A stretch of 64,000 bases of DNA from Myxococcota bacterium (GTDB lineage: Bacteria; Myxococcota; JACRCW01): NCBI GenBank assembly GCA_040752415.1, contig JBFMGU010000019.1:1-64000 (forward strand), in the 5' to 3' direction. Both the position numbers and the translations under genes were made by a program. Each line of letters starts with the position of its first letter. Within the stretch, counting starts at the first letter, position 1. Positions 9,774-19,809 of the stretch are shown here, piece after piece. The notes under the pieces are model-generated. The model saw nothing but the letters and a program-made list of their open reading frames with translations. It was not told where the DNA came from and searched no databases.

Positions 9774-11780
9774 TCAGGGGAAACGCGCCGTGGCGGTCTT
9801 TCCGCGCGCAACATCCAGCTTCACCATCCGGTCCTTGCCGCCGCGCTCCACCAGTCGCACCGTGTAGCTGCCCGGCGCGACCACCAGCGGCTTGTTGGGC
9901 ACGTCCCCCAGGCGCTTGCCGTTGAGGAACAGGGTCCCCGAGCGCCGCGCCACGACGGAGATGTAGCCCTCATTGGGCGCGCGGTTGTCCTGCGGGCGGG
10001 TGTCGTCGGGCTTGGGCGTCGTCGACACCGGGGTGGCCGCGGGGTCCCTGGCCGGCTTCCCCGACGAGGGGAGCGCGGGCAGCACCACCGCCACCTCGTT
10101 CCCCTCCACCGCGCTCACGCGCGTGGTGACGTCGCCATGGGGACAGCGCAGCACCACGGTGTGCGTCCCCGGCGTGATGTCCAGCCGACGCAGCGGCGCG
10201 CTCCCGTGGCTGGTGTTGTCCACGCGCACCTCACACGCGCTGTCCGCCGTCACCGAAAGGCGGGTGGGGGAGGGCGTGACCGTGGCCTGGCCGCGCTTCA
10301 CGCCTTCCTGCACGCCCAGGATCCACATGGTGGCCCCGCCCACCGCGCCCGACGCCACCGCCGTGGTCACCAGCGCCGCCACCGCCACCCGACGCGGGAC
10401 CTGCCAGCGGTTGCCCTTGATCATCGGGCCGGTCTGCGTGTTGAACGCGGCAGCCACGCTCGCCGCCTCGGGCGAGGACTCGTAGACCACCGGCGGCGGC
10501 AGCGGGGGCGAGGGAGGAACCGCGCGCCCGTCGGTGCCGGTGCGGAACACCCGCTCCAGCGCGCGACGATCCGTGGTGGTCAGCGGACTCTCCGACGACA
10601 ACATCGGCACCGGCGCGGGCGGCGGGACGGGGCGCATGCCCTCGTCGGTGGGAATCTCGCTGGTGCCCGGCACCGTCGGGGACGGGGGCTTGATGGCCTT
10701 GGGCGCGTCCGGCTCCAGGGAACGCGGCGTGGCCTCGCGCACCGTGTCGCGCTCCCCGTCGTCGGCGAGCAGCGAGGGTTGGTGACCCATGGCCTGGACG
10801 GGCTGCGTGGCCACCGCGCCCGCCGCCTTGCGCGCCCGCGCCGCGTCCTCCGCCATCTCCTCCGCCATCAGGTTGCTGATGAACTGGTCCATCTTCGTGG
10901 CCTGCGGCGAGATGGTCAGCGTCTGCAGGTACGCATCCAGCCGACGCTGCATGTCCCGCGCACTGGCAAAGCGGTGCTCCGGGTCCTTCTGCATGCACTG
11001 GATGATCACCTCCGCGAGGTCGTCGGGGAGGGAGGGGTTCAGCTCCTGGGGATGGGGGGCCTCGTCGTGGAGGATGGCGCGCGCCAGCGCTTCCGCGTTG
11101 GGAATGGGATAGGGGTGACGGCCGCAGCACAGCTCGTAGAGCACGACGCCACACGCGTAGATGTCCACGCGGTGATCCAGCGGCGCGCCCATGAGCTGCT
11201 CCGGCGCCATGTACGTCAGCTTGCCCTTGGCGCGACCATCCCGCGTGCGGTCCGTGCTCAGCGTGGCCTTGGCAATCCCGAAGTCCACCACCTTGGGCAC
11301 GCCGCTGTAGGTCACCATGATGTTCTCGGGCGAGATGTCACGGTGGATGATCTTCAGCGGCGCGCCGTCCTTGTCGGTCTGCGCGTGCGCGTGGTCCAGG
11401 CCCTCCAGCACCCCGCTGAGGATGCGCGCGGCGTGCTCCATGGGGATGCCAATGTGTTTCACCTCGCACTTCTTCATCACCGCCCGGAGCGTGCGCCCCA
11501 GGATGAACTCCATGGCGATGTAGAGGCGGCCCCCGTCCTCACCGAAGTCGAAGATCTGGACGATGTTGGGGTGGTTGAGCAGCGCGGCCAGGCGCGCCTC
11601 ATCCATGAACATGCGGCCAAAGCGGTCCTCGTCGACGCCGGCCCGGACCGTCTTGACCACGCAGCCCTTGGCAAAGCCGCCCGGCCCGCTGGCCCGCGCC
11701 AGCCAGACCTCCGCCATGCCGCCCACCCCGATGCGCTCCAGCAGCGTGTATTTGCCGAGCTGTTCCTTGTGCGCCGCCAT
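9774..11780 (-). CDS. Hanks-type Ser/Thr protein kinase with TM helix and C-terminal PEGA domains
   Basis: IGVGGMAEV, VVK, HRDISPENIMV, DFGIAK, YMAPE motifs; Pro-rich linker; TM helix; PEGA-like tail. Confidence 0.93.
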   Translation of the reverse strand: MAAHKEQLGKYTLLERIGVGGMAEVWLARASGPGGFAKGCVVKTVRAGVDEDRFGRMFMDEARLAALLNHPNIVQIFDFGEDGGRLYIAMEFILGRTLRAVMKKCEVKHIGIPMEHAARILSGVLEGLDHAHAQTDKDGAPLKIIHRDISPENIMVTYSGVPKVVDFGIAKATLSTDRTRDGRAKGKLTYMAPEQLMGAPLDHRVDIYACGVVLYELCCGRHPYPIPNAEALARAILHDEAPHPQELNPSLPDDLAEVIIQCMQKDPEHRFASARDMQRRLDAYLQTLTISPQATKMDQFISNLMAEEMAEDAARARKAAGAVATQPVQAMGHQPSLLADDGERDTVREATPRSLEPDAPKAIKPPSPTVPGTSEIPTDEGMRPVPPPAPVPMLSSESPLTTTDRRALERVFRTGTDGRAVPPSPPLPPPVVYESSPEAASVAAAFNTQTGPMIKGNRWQVPRRVAVAALVTTAVASGAVGGATMWILGVQEGVKRGQATVTPSPTRLSVTADSACEVRVDNTSHGSAPLRRLDITPGTHTVVLRCPHGDVTTRVSAVEGNEVAVVLPALPSSGKPARDPAATPVSTTPKPDDTRPQDNRAPNEGYISVVARRSGTLFLNGKRLGDVPNKPLVVAPGSYTVRLVERGGKDRMVKLDVARGKTATARFP

Positions 11781-11817
11781 CAGTTCCTGCCGTGGGGTGG
11801 GTCGACCATGCTGCCAG

Positions 11818-12201
11818 CTAGTACCGCCGGACGGAAGGGTCCACGGTGCGCGCCCAGAGGTCCGTCCCGCCGCGCAACGACCACGCGCTGCTGAAGCCCA
11901 GGCCGCGCAGCACCAGGGCGCCCTGCAGGCTGCGGATGCCGTGGTGGCAGACCACGACGGTCTCCACGGAGGCGGAGAGCTCCTCGGGGGCGCGCGCGGG
12001 GAGCTCCCGCAGCGGGATGTGCACCGCGCCGGGCATGGGCGCGAGCTGGACCTCCCAGTCCTCCCGCACGTCCACCAGGACCGGCGGCGAGGGCGAGCGG
12101 AGTCGCTCCGAGACGGCGGATGGGTCCAGCTCCAGGCCGGCGCGAGGGGGAATCACCCGGGGGTCTGTAGCGGGTCCGCGGACGCGCGGCCAACAGGTCA
12201 A
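11818..12201 (-). CDS. Rhodanese-like domain protein
   Basis: LVDVREDWE, GAVHIPL, active-site CHHGIRS, SLRGG; the true start may be slightly downstream. Confidence 0.85.
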   Translation of the reverse strand: MTCWPRVRGPATDPRVIPPRAGLELDPSAVSERLRSPSPPVLVDVREDWEVQLAPMPGAVHIPLRELPARAPEELSASVETVVVCHHGIRSLQGALVLRGLGFSSAWSLRGGTDLWARTVDPSVRRY

Positions 12202-12209
12202 GGTCCGGC

Positions 12210-12238
12210 TTGACAGCGGCGTGGGTGGGGGATAGCCA
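12210..12238 (+). promoter_or_regulatory. Possible sigma70 promoter for tRNA-Gly
   Basis: Perfect TTGACA at 12210-12215, a 17-bp spacer, then a weak -10 (TAGCCA) just upstream of the tRNA. Confidence 0.4.
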
Positions 12239-12249
12239 TCACGGCCCCG

Positions 12250-12326
<77 letters not shown>

Positions 12327-12329
12327 TCC

Positions 12330-12355
12330 AAGCCGCCGTAACTGGCGGCTTTTTT
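12330..12355 (+). terminator. Rho-independent terminator after tRNA-Gly
   Basis: AAGCCGCC-GTAACT-GGCGGCTT followed by a T run. Confidence 0.85.
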
Positions 12356-12829
12356 AATGCACCAGCTTCGACTTCTCGGTGGGGCTTCCCACTTTTCCGG
12401 GGCTTCCCCCCTTCTCTTCCCCACTTTTTTGGCAAGAGCGGCGCTTTGACCACCGACATGCCCCAAGGCGGCGTCGCCGGCACGAGCGCTCAGCGCGCGT
12501 TCTCGGCGCCGTGCCAAGTTGCAGCCTCTGCCCCCGTCCGGGCGCCTGAGAAGCGCAATGCGGTCGCATCCGTTACGTGCCGCAGGATGATCTCCAACGC
12601 CGGCTACTGGGAGCCCCCGACAGCTTTGGGGAAAGGCGCCTCGGGGGCGCATGGTCCCCCGGTCCCTGCGCACGCCTTGGAAGGCCGCAGAGCCGCTCAG
12701 AAGGTGCAGGGACCGATGCGGCTGCGGCACCGGGCGGTAGGCGGGCCGTTGACCCGACCGCTTGGCCGGCGTCATAACGTCAGCGATGACGTGACCAGCC
12801 GTGGAACAGGGTGGGTTGGGTCAGCGCAG

Positions 12830-13246
12830 ATGAGCGAACCCGGCGTAGCTTTCTTCGGTTTGGATCGTGCGGCCCTGGCCCGCCTTCGCGAGGGACGCGA
12901 GGTTCAGTTTGAAGTGAGCCCCGTGCTGGATGGCACCTTACTCGGAGCGCTGAGCTACGCTCAGAAGACACTCACCTGCATCGTGCTGTACGTTCGCGCT
13001 CCGGAAGGAACGGGGCTTTCCGTTTTCCGCGCGCTCGAGTTTGAGAGCGCGAGCCTGGCCCGAACGTTGGGCGGCACCAGCCTGCGCTACATTGCGCTGG
13101 CAGTGATCAATGACGCGCTGGGAAGAATCCTCCCCAAGAAAGGATTCGAGAGCACTGAAACTCCAATCCCGGACGTCTTGGGCGACAAGGGCAATGAAGC
13201 GGCGTTTGTGAAAACGGTCAGCGTTGGAAAGGAGGGTGCAAAATGA
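12830..13246 (+). CDS. Hypothetical protein (138 aa)
   Basis: ATG at 12830 in the 12266-13246 frame; globular composition; its stop overlaps the next start (ATGA) with GGAGG upstream. Confidence 0.5.
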   Translation: MSEPGVAFFGLDRAALARLREGREVQFEVSPVLDGTLLGALSYAQKTLTCIVLYVRAPEGTGLSVFRALEFESASLARTLGGTSLRYIALAVINDALGRILPKKGFESTETPIPDVLGDKGNEAAFVKTVSVGKEGAK

Positions 13247-14310
13247 TGCGCGACGCGACGACGTGGGCGAAGCTGAAAGCAGGTGGTGCGACGGCCGCCC
13301 AGTTGGCTGCCCGCTCGGCCGACGAGGGTGTCGATCTGTTCACCCGGGTCCGCCTCTTGCGCTCCACCTATGGGCTGAGTCTGGCTGAAGCGAAGCGGCT
13401 CGCCGCTCCGGATTCCGACGAGTCTGAAGGTCGCCTTGCCGCCGAGATTGCCTCGCACGACGACGGCGGGTTGACGATCGCCGATGAAGAGGTCGAGGCG
13501 CTAAAGCACTATCCCCCTTACGTCGTCCACGCGCTGCGCAATTGCGCGGGACGAGTGACCGCCGATCCGGAGTTCGTCTACACCGGGATCCGGCGTGACG
13601 GCCTTCTTAGGGATGGATTTGCCTTTTGCCGCAGGCTCGACTTTTCCGTCGACAACCACGGAGAGAAAACGCCTCCTCCGAAGGGGATGACCTTTGTCGT
13701 CTACGCTGCGGCAAGCGGTCACGTGTTTGATTGGGATTGGGTCCGCGCCGACAAGGCGGGCGCGCCTCTCGACGCGGAAAAGAGGTTCGCCGGTCCGGCG
13801 CCAAAGAAGTGTCGGATTCTCTCGGTGCCCCCTGCTGTGACCGTCGGCAGATTCAAGCCCCGTTGCGCGTCATACTCCAAGGTCGGTGATTGCATCTTTG
13901 CATACGTTTCCAACGAGCCGAGCTACGCTCAGCGCATCGACGACGACCTGACAGTTTTTGTCTCCCTCCGGCGGGATACGACGCTGACGGGATTGAAGCT
14001 GAAGAACGTGGAAAGAAACATCCTTGCCGTGACACAAGGCGATGTGAAAGCCGTGGAGAACACCGGCGTGGAGGTCAGGGCTGCGAAGGGCGCAAAGACC
14101 ATCACGATCGGCCTTCGTGTGTTGGTGGACTACTCCCGGGTCAAACAGGAGATGCGCTCACGTCTTCTGCCGGACCTGACGGACTTTGAGCCAGACCCGT
14201 ACCTTCGCGTGCTCAGGGCACTTGAGAGGCGGAAGCTCGATCCGGCGATTCCAATCCCCGAAGCCTTCGTGCTCGATCACATTCAGCGCGAGCGCAGCGC
14301 CGAGGGATGA
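13243..14310 (+). CDS. Hypothetical multi-domain protein (small helical N-terminal domain, central alpha/beta domain, DUF2283-like segment)
   Basis: RBS GGAGG, translational coupling to the upstream ORF, protein-like composition; domain resemblances by eye only. Confidence 0.65.
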   Translation: MMRDATTWAKLKAGGATAAQLAARSADEGVDLFTRVRLLRSTYGLSLAEAKRLAAPDSDESEGRLAAEIASHDDGGLTIADEEVEALKHYPPYVVHALRNCAGRVTADPEFVYTGIRRDGLLRDGFAFCRRLDFSVDNHGEKTPPPKGMTFVVYAAASGHVFDWDWVRADKAGAPLDAEKRFAGPAPKKCRILSVPPAVTVGRFKPRCASYSKVGDCIFAYVSNEPSYAQRIDDDLTVFVSLRRDTTLTGLKLKNVERNILAVTQGDVKAVENTGVEVRAAKGAKTITIGLRVLVDYSRVKQEMRSRLLPDLTDFEPDPYLRVLRALERRKLDPAIPIPEAFVLDHIQRERSAEG

Positions 14311-14339
14311 CGAATGACAACGGCGTCCGCGATCCCCAT

Positions 14340-15277
14340 TCGAACGCCGTACAGTGGGCCATATTTTCGCCGTGTACTCCGGTGCGCCCGCACTCACTCC
14401 CAGGCAGCGCTGGCGTCGTCAAAAGGAACTCCCGGATCTCGGCGATGAGCTTCCGCGATCGCTGATCCCGCCGCTTCGCCAGCTCCTCGGCAGGACCATC
14501 CTTCTCGACGCAGAACAGCTGCCCCACCTGATGCAGAATCCGCTTAGCTTAGCTTGCTCGGGAAATGCCGTCTCGATGTCGATGAAGTGTCGCCGGACGT
14601 GTGTCCAGCAGTGCGCCAGGTTCATCCCCGGCCGGGACTTCGCCAGCGACGTGTACACGCCGTAGCTGTCCACCATCCACACGCCGTCGGGCGACTGCAG
14701 CATCTCGACTGCCTCCTCCGCGCTCCGGCCGTCCTTGATGCTGTGGTGCACCGCCTGCTCCGTCGCCACGCACCACATCGTCCAGTTCTTTCGTCTCCGC
14801 GCCGAACACCGGCCGGCGCGTCTCATCCGCGCAGCGCACCTTCTGCGACGGGGTGAACTCCACCAACCGCTGCTCGACGGGAAGGAGCGCCTTGGACAGC
14901 GTATTCCTGGTCCCACAGCGTCTGGGAGCCCCCTTCAGCCACTTCGCGCGCCAGTATGCGCACCTGGCGCTGCAGCGGGATGTGCTCGAGGAACTTCCGC
15001 GCCACCACCCCCTGCAGGGGGCAACGCGCACCGCGACAGAGCCGACATCATCAACGACGCGGACCTTGCGGAACGCGGAAGTCGCCTTTCGCCAACGGTC
15101 CAGCGTGGGCACCGGGATGCCAAGCTCGGCGCAGGCCGCGGCCTTGGTCATGTCGGAAGCGACGGCGCGTGTGACGAGGGCGACTGCCTCTTGGCGCATG
15201 GTACGCGGAAATCGGCGTCGGTGTGCGGGCCCGAGGGCCACGGCCTGCGCCCGCCAATCTACGAGGTTCTGGTTCAT
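14340..15277 (-). mobile_element. Degenerate IS66-family element (TnpA-like HTH plus TnpC transposase fragments)
   Basis: Fragments in different frames: HTH (AACAELGIPVPTLDRWR), ADET, VDSYGVY...HCWTHVRRHF, and RDQRSRKLIAEIREFL...LPGS, all IS66-like; frameshifted and deleted. Confidence 0.75.
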
Positions 15278-15520
15278 GGTTTCCTCTGCCTGCGGAGGAA
15301 ATCTGCGCCGCGCGCGTCACGCCGCGGTGGCGCGCCGAGGAGTGACGCGGGGCCCCTGGCGGGGACCTCCTGTGCTGGCATTACCGCGACGCCGGAGCGT
15401 GCTTCGTCGGAACCCCAGACCTGAGTGTGCTTGCACATCCTCAGGCCCGGTTTGACGTCCCCGGTGCGCTAAGACCGGGCCTGCATTGCGCCGCCCCGCG
15501 TCTCGAAGGATCGTTGTCGC

Positions 15521-18500
15521 GTGTCCGCCTCCGAATGCCCCTTCTGCTCCGTCTCCGACAGTGACTGCGTCCTCCGGTCCGCCGCGGTGTTCGCAGTGCG
15601 AGATCGGTACCCCGTATCTCGCGGCCACACGCTGGTGATTCCTCACCGACATGTCACGACCTATTTCGACGCCGACAGCGAACTGCGTGAAGAACTCTGG
15701 CGGGCTGTAGACGTCGTCAAACGCCAACTTGACCAGGCGGTGCATCCCGACGGTTACAACATCGGGTTCAACGCGGGCGTCGCCGCCGGTCAGACGGTGA
15801 TGCACCTCCACATCCACGTCATTCCTCGCTACCGCGGGGACATGGACGACCCGCGGGGCGGTGTCCGCGGTGTGATCCCGGGAAAGCAGAAGTACGGTGG
15901 TGCGCGGCCATTCGAGGGCCTGCCGGCGTTTGTTCCGGGGCAGGACAAACCGCTATTAGGCGTGCTTCGCCAGGCGCTGCAGGCAGCCTCGCAAGCTGAC
16001 ATGGTCGCCGCTTTCGTCCAGCCCTCCGGACTACAGGCTCTCTACCCCGACGTCGTGGATGCACTTCGCCGTGGCGCCCAAATCCGGCTTCTCACGGGCG
16101 ACTACATGGGCACCACCAGCGCTGACGCTCTGCGCCGCCTCCTGGAACTGTCGGAGCAGCAGGCCGGGTTCAAGCCCTACCTGTTCGAGGTCAGCGCGGG
16201 AGAGTCGTTCCATCCCAAGGCCTACGTCTTCCGTAGCGGAGAACAAGGCGTCGCTTACGTCGGCAGCAGCAACCTTTCCCGCCAAGCCCTTGAGGAAGGC
16301 ATCGAGTGGAACCTTCGACTGGTGTCGTCGGACGACAAGGAAGCGTTCTCCTCCATCTGCCAGCGTTTTGACGAGCTCATCAGCTCCCCAGCCTGCAAGC
16401 CGCTGTCCAAGAGACTCATCGACGCGTACGAGGCCCGGGCACCTGTGCCGTTGATGCATGCGCCAGAGGTCCGCGCCGCGCCGTTCATCCCCCACGCCAT
16501 CCAAGTTGAGGCGTTGGCAGCGCTGAAGCGAACGCGCGCCGAGGACAAGCGGAGGGGCCTCGTGGTTCTTGCGACGGGCCTGGGCAAGACACTCTTGTCC
16601 GCGTTCGACTTCAAGGCACTGGGCGGGGAGCGCGCGCTCTTCATCGCGCATCGCGAAGAGATTCTGGAGCAGGCGCGCGAGCGCTGGGCGGCCGTCATGC
16701 CAGAGAAGGTGTGCGGCATCCTCGGCGTTGGCCGTGATGAGCGCGACGCGGACATCATCTTCGCGTCGGTTCAGACCATCGCCAGAAGCCAGCGCCTCAT
16801 GCAGTTCGCGTCGGAACACTTTGACTATGTCGTCGTGGACGAGTTCCATCGTGCTGCTGCGTCGACCTATCGACGCGTGATGACCCACTTCCGCCCGAGG
16901 TTCATGCTGGGGCTTACCGCCACGCCGGACCGCCTGGATGGTCGCTCGCTGTTGGAGCTATGCGACGACAATCTGGTGTTCCGGCAGGACATCGTCCACG
17001 GCATCTCCAGGCGTCTGTTGGTTCCGTTCTCTTACTTCGGCGTGAAGGACGCCGCCGACTTCGCGCCGATTCCTTGGCGAAACGGGAAGTTTGACACCGA
17101 GGCCCTGACCTCCGCCGTTGCGACACGCGACCGAGCGGACCAGGCGTTGCGCGAGTACCAAAGCCACGCACCCGCGAAGCCGCGCCGGACGCTCGTCTTC
17201 TGCTGCAGCACGCGACACGCGGATTACATGGCGAAGTTCTTCACCGAGAACGGCCACCCCGCCGCATCCGTCCACAGCGAGCCCTCGTCCGCGCCGCGCG
17301 CGGAGTCTCTGCGTAAGTTGCGGGACGGCAGCCTGGAGATCATCTGCGCAGTGGATGTCTTCAATGAAGGTCTCGACGTCCCGGAAATCAACACGGTCTT
17401 GATGCTTCGTCCCACCCAGTCGCCGGTGATCTTCCTCCAGCAACTCGGGCGTGGTCTCCGAACCGCCGATGGGAAGGAGCGCCTTGTCATCGTCGACTTC
17501 ATCGGAAATCACCGCAGCTTCATGCAGAAGCCGCAGGCGTTGGCGTACCTCAGTGGTCGTGACCTGCCTGCGGCGGCCGCGGTGCGCGCGCTGGCCAAGA
17601 GGGAGCTGCCGCTGCCTGAGGGGTGTAGCATCGACATCGAGACCGCCGCGATCGACATGCTGCGGGAGATGGCCAAGGGCTCCAGGGAGGACATCCTCCT
17701 CTACGAGTACATGTCATTCCGCGACTCTCATGGGCGACGCCCCACGGCGCGGGAGCTGTTCGACGCCGGTGTTAGCCTCAAGCCCGTCATGGAAGGGTAC
17801 GCGACCTGGTTTGACTTCGTACGGCATCAAGGGGACGCCACCGGCGACGAGCTACGGGTCTTGGGACGTCACGCCGGGTGGTTCGGTGATCTCCAGCGCA
17901 CCAGCATGACGAAGGCGTACAAGATGCTCGCTTTGCAGGGTCTGCTGAACGAGGGCGCGCTGTTCAGCGGAACGACGGTCGAGGCCAACGCCCGCGCCGC
18001 CGAGGCACTCGCGCGGGACAATCTGCTGCTGTTCCGCGAGCTTCGCGAGGACGAGAAGCGACGTGTGATGGGTAGTGAATTCATCCGCCAGTGGCGCAGC
18101 ATGCCGCTTCAAGTGTGGGCTCGCGGTGAATCGACCTCGAGGTCATGGTTTGAACTCAAGGATGACCGTTTCGTTCCAACGTACGTCGTCGATGAAGCTG
18201 ACCGGCCAGTCTTCGTCGAGATGACCGAGGAAGTCGTCGAGTATCGCCTGGCCCAGCACGTGGACAAGCTTAGGCGTGGCGCGACGCTGGATGCGGGACA
18301 GGCACCCATCGTCATGAAGGTTTCCCACACGGGTGGCAAGCCAATCCTGCGATTTGACCGGAAGGCCAGGCCGGATGTGCCGCAGGGAGAAGTCCGCGTC
18401 GACGTGGAAGGCGAGGATTACCGTTTCCAGTTCAAGCAAATCGCGGTCAACGTGGTGTGGCCACTGCACAAGGAACAGAACCTGTTGCCGCAACTGATGC

Positions 18501-19498
18501 GTGGCTGGTTTGGCCCCACGGCAGGCAATCCAGGGACCCGTCATTTCGTGGAGCTGATTCAGAGCGAAGCGGGCTGGAAGTTGCGGCCGCAGGCCACGGG
18601 GCAGGGGCAAACGCGTGAAGCCGACGTGCTCGCGTTTCCTCGGTTACCGTTTTACCCGGACTTTCAAGTCGCCTGCGGCGCTTTCGCGGAGAGCGACCGG
18701 ATGGCCCAGGCTGTGGGTGAGCTGTCAGTCGTGACCAGCAGGGACATTTCGCCATCACGGAACTTCGTGGTCCGCGCCTCCGGGGACTCCATGGATGGAG
18801 GGACCAGTCCCATTCGCGATGGCGACATGGTGCTCTGCGAGTGGTGGTCAGGGGGCGCGCCCGACGAGGTCATCGGCAAGCCGTTCTTGTTGGTCGGCCA
18901 GGACGGCGCAGACACGACGATTGCGGCGATCAAGGTGCCGCGAAAGCGCCCCGGCGGCTGGGTTCTGGAGAGTTGGAATCCTGCCTATCCACCCCTTGAG
19001 TTGCCCGCAGACGGTCGCGTCGAGCCCATGGCTCGTGTGCTCGAAGTCGTCCAGGAGCGCCAGGCACTCACTCTGTGGGGCCAGTACGAACGCGAGCAGA
19101 TCGCGCCCGCATTTGGTGGAAGAGCTGACGCGTCGTGGAGCGTCGGCGTGCGCGACGTGACCGTCGATGGCAATCCGCACACGATCCTGCTGGTGACGTT
19201 GCGGAAGGAGGAACAGACCGATCCCGACCAACGGTACACAGACCGCTTCATCACCCCTTCTAGGTTTCTGTGGTCCTCCCAAGCGAAGACTTCGCCAGAC
19301 GACGCCAAAGGCAAGCGCATCATCCGACACGAGGCGGAAGGCCGGCGGATACACCTCTTCGCGCGGCCCCATAAGCGCTCGCCCTTCGTCTATTGCGGCG
19401 AAGTGACGTACCTCAACCACACGGGCTCCGAACCCATGGCCGTGGAGTTCTCGCTCAGCCATCCGCTTCCCGACGGCCTCTGGCGTGTTTGGCAGTAG
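15521..19498 (+). CDS. HIT-PLD nuclease-SF2 (DEAD/DEAH) helicase-S24 peptidase-like-DUF3427 fusion; SauUSI-like type IV restriction candidate
   Basis: CPFC plus HLHIHVIPR (HIT); FHPKAY...YVGSSNLS (PLD); LATGLGKT, DEFHR, GLTATPDR, QQLGRGLR (SF2); RASGDSMD...IKV...LESWNP (S24-like); FLWSSQ...IHLFAR...FVYCG...PMAVEFSL (DUF3427-like). Confidence 0.85.
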   Translation: MSASECPFCSVSDSDCVLRSAAVFAVRDRYPVSRGHTLVIPHRHVTTYFDADSELREELWRAVDVVKRQLDQAVHPDGYNIGFNAGVAAGQTVMHLHIHVIPRYRGDMDDPRGGVRGVIPGKQKYGGARPFEGLPAFVPGQDKPLLGVLRQALQAASQADMVAAFVQPSGLQALYPDVVDALRRGAQIRLLTGDYMGTTSADALRRLLELSEQQAGFKPYLFEVSAGESFHPKAYVFRSGEQGVAYVGSSNLSRQALEEGIEWNLRLVSSDDKEAFSSICQRFDELISSPACKPLSKRLIDAYEARAPVPLMHAPEVRAAPFIPHAIQVEALAALKRTRAEDKRRGLVVLATGLGKTLLSAFDFKALGGERALFIAHREEILEQARERWAAVMPEKVCGILGVGRDERDADIIFASVQTIARSQRLMQFASEHFDYVVVDEFHRAAASTYRRVMTHFRPRFMLGLTATPDRLDGRSLLELCDDNLVFRQDIVHGISRRLLVPFSYFGVKDAADFAPIPWRNGKFDTEALTSAVATRDRADQALREYQSHAPAKPRRTLVFCCSTRHADYMAKFFTENGHPAASVHSEPSSAPRAESLRKLRDGSLEIICAVDVFNEGLDVPEINTVLMLRPTQSPVIFLQQLGRGLRTADGKERLVIVDFIGNHRSFMQKPQALAYLSGRDLPAAAAVRALAKRELPLPEGCSIDIETAAIDMLREMAKGSREDILLYEYMSFRDSHGRRPTARELFDAGVSLKPVMEGYATWFDFVRHQGDATGDELRVLGRHAGWFGDLQRTSMTKAYKMLALQGLLNEGALFSGTTVEANARAAEALARDNLLLFRELREDEKRRVMGSEFIRQWRSMPLQVWARGESTSRSWFELKDDRFVPTYVVDEADRPVFVEMTEEVVEYRLAQHVDKLRRGATLDAGQAPIVMKVSHTGGKPILRFDRKARPDVPQGEVRVDVEGEDYRFQFKQIAVNVVWPLHKEQNLLPQLMRGWFGPTAGNPGTRHFVELIQSEAGWKLRPQATGQGQTREADVLAFPRLPFYPDFQVACGAFAESDRMAQAVGELSVVTSRDISPSRNFVVRASGDSMDGGTSPIRDGDMVLCEWWSGGAPDEVIGKPFLLVGQDGADTTIAAIKVPRKRPGGWVLESWNPAYPPLELPADGRVEPMARVLEVVQERQALTLWGQYEREQIAPAFGGRADASWSVGVRDVTVDGNPHTILLVTLRKEEQTDPDQRYTDRFITPSRFLWSSQAKTSPDDAKGKRIIRHEAEGRRIHLFARPHKRSPFVYCGEVTYLNHTGSEPMAVEFSLSHPLPDGLWRVWQ

Positions 19499-19809
19499 CT
19501 GCGTGCGTGTCTAAGTTCCGGACACCCCGGTGACGACGTCATCAGTCTGAATTTCAGTCACCCTCCGCAGCGACACATCTGACGTGCGCACCCGCCCGTC
19601 ATGCACGTATCCCCGCCTCCAACTGCCCCCCGTGACGACGACAAACCGGCGCTGATCCCCAGACGCAACAGTCTCCACAACCTCCGGGCCCTCCGCCTTG
19701 GAACACCGGCTGCAATCACCTCCCTCACACGGACGCGGCGGGTTGGCGCATGCACCGCACAAACCCGCTCCGCGTCCCCAACGACGTGACATCCCGTCCG
19801 GAGGTTCGC

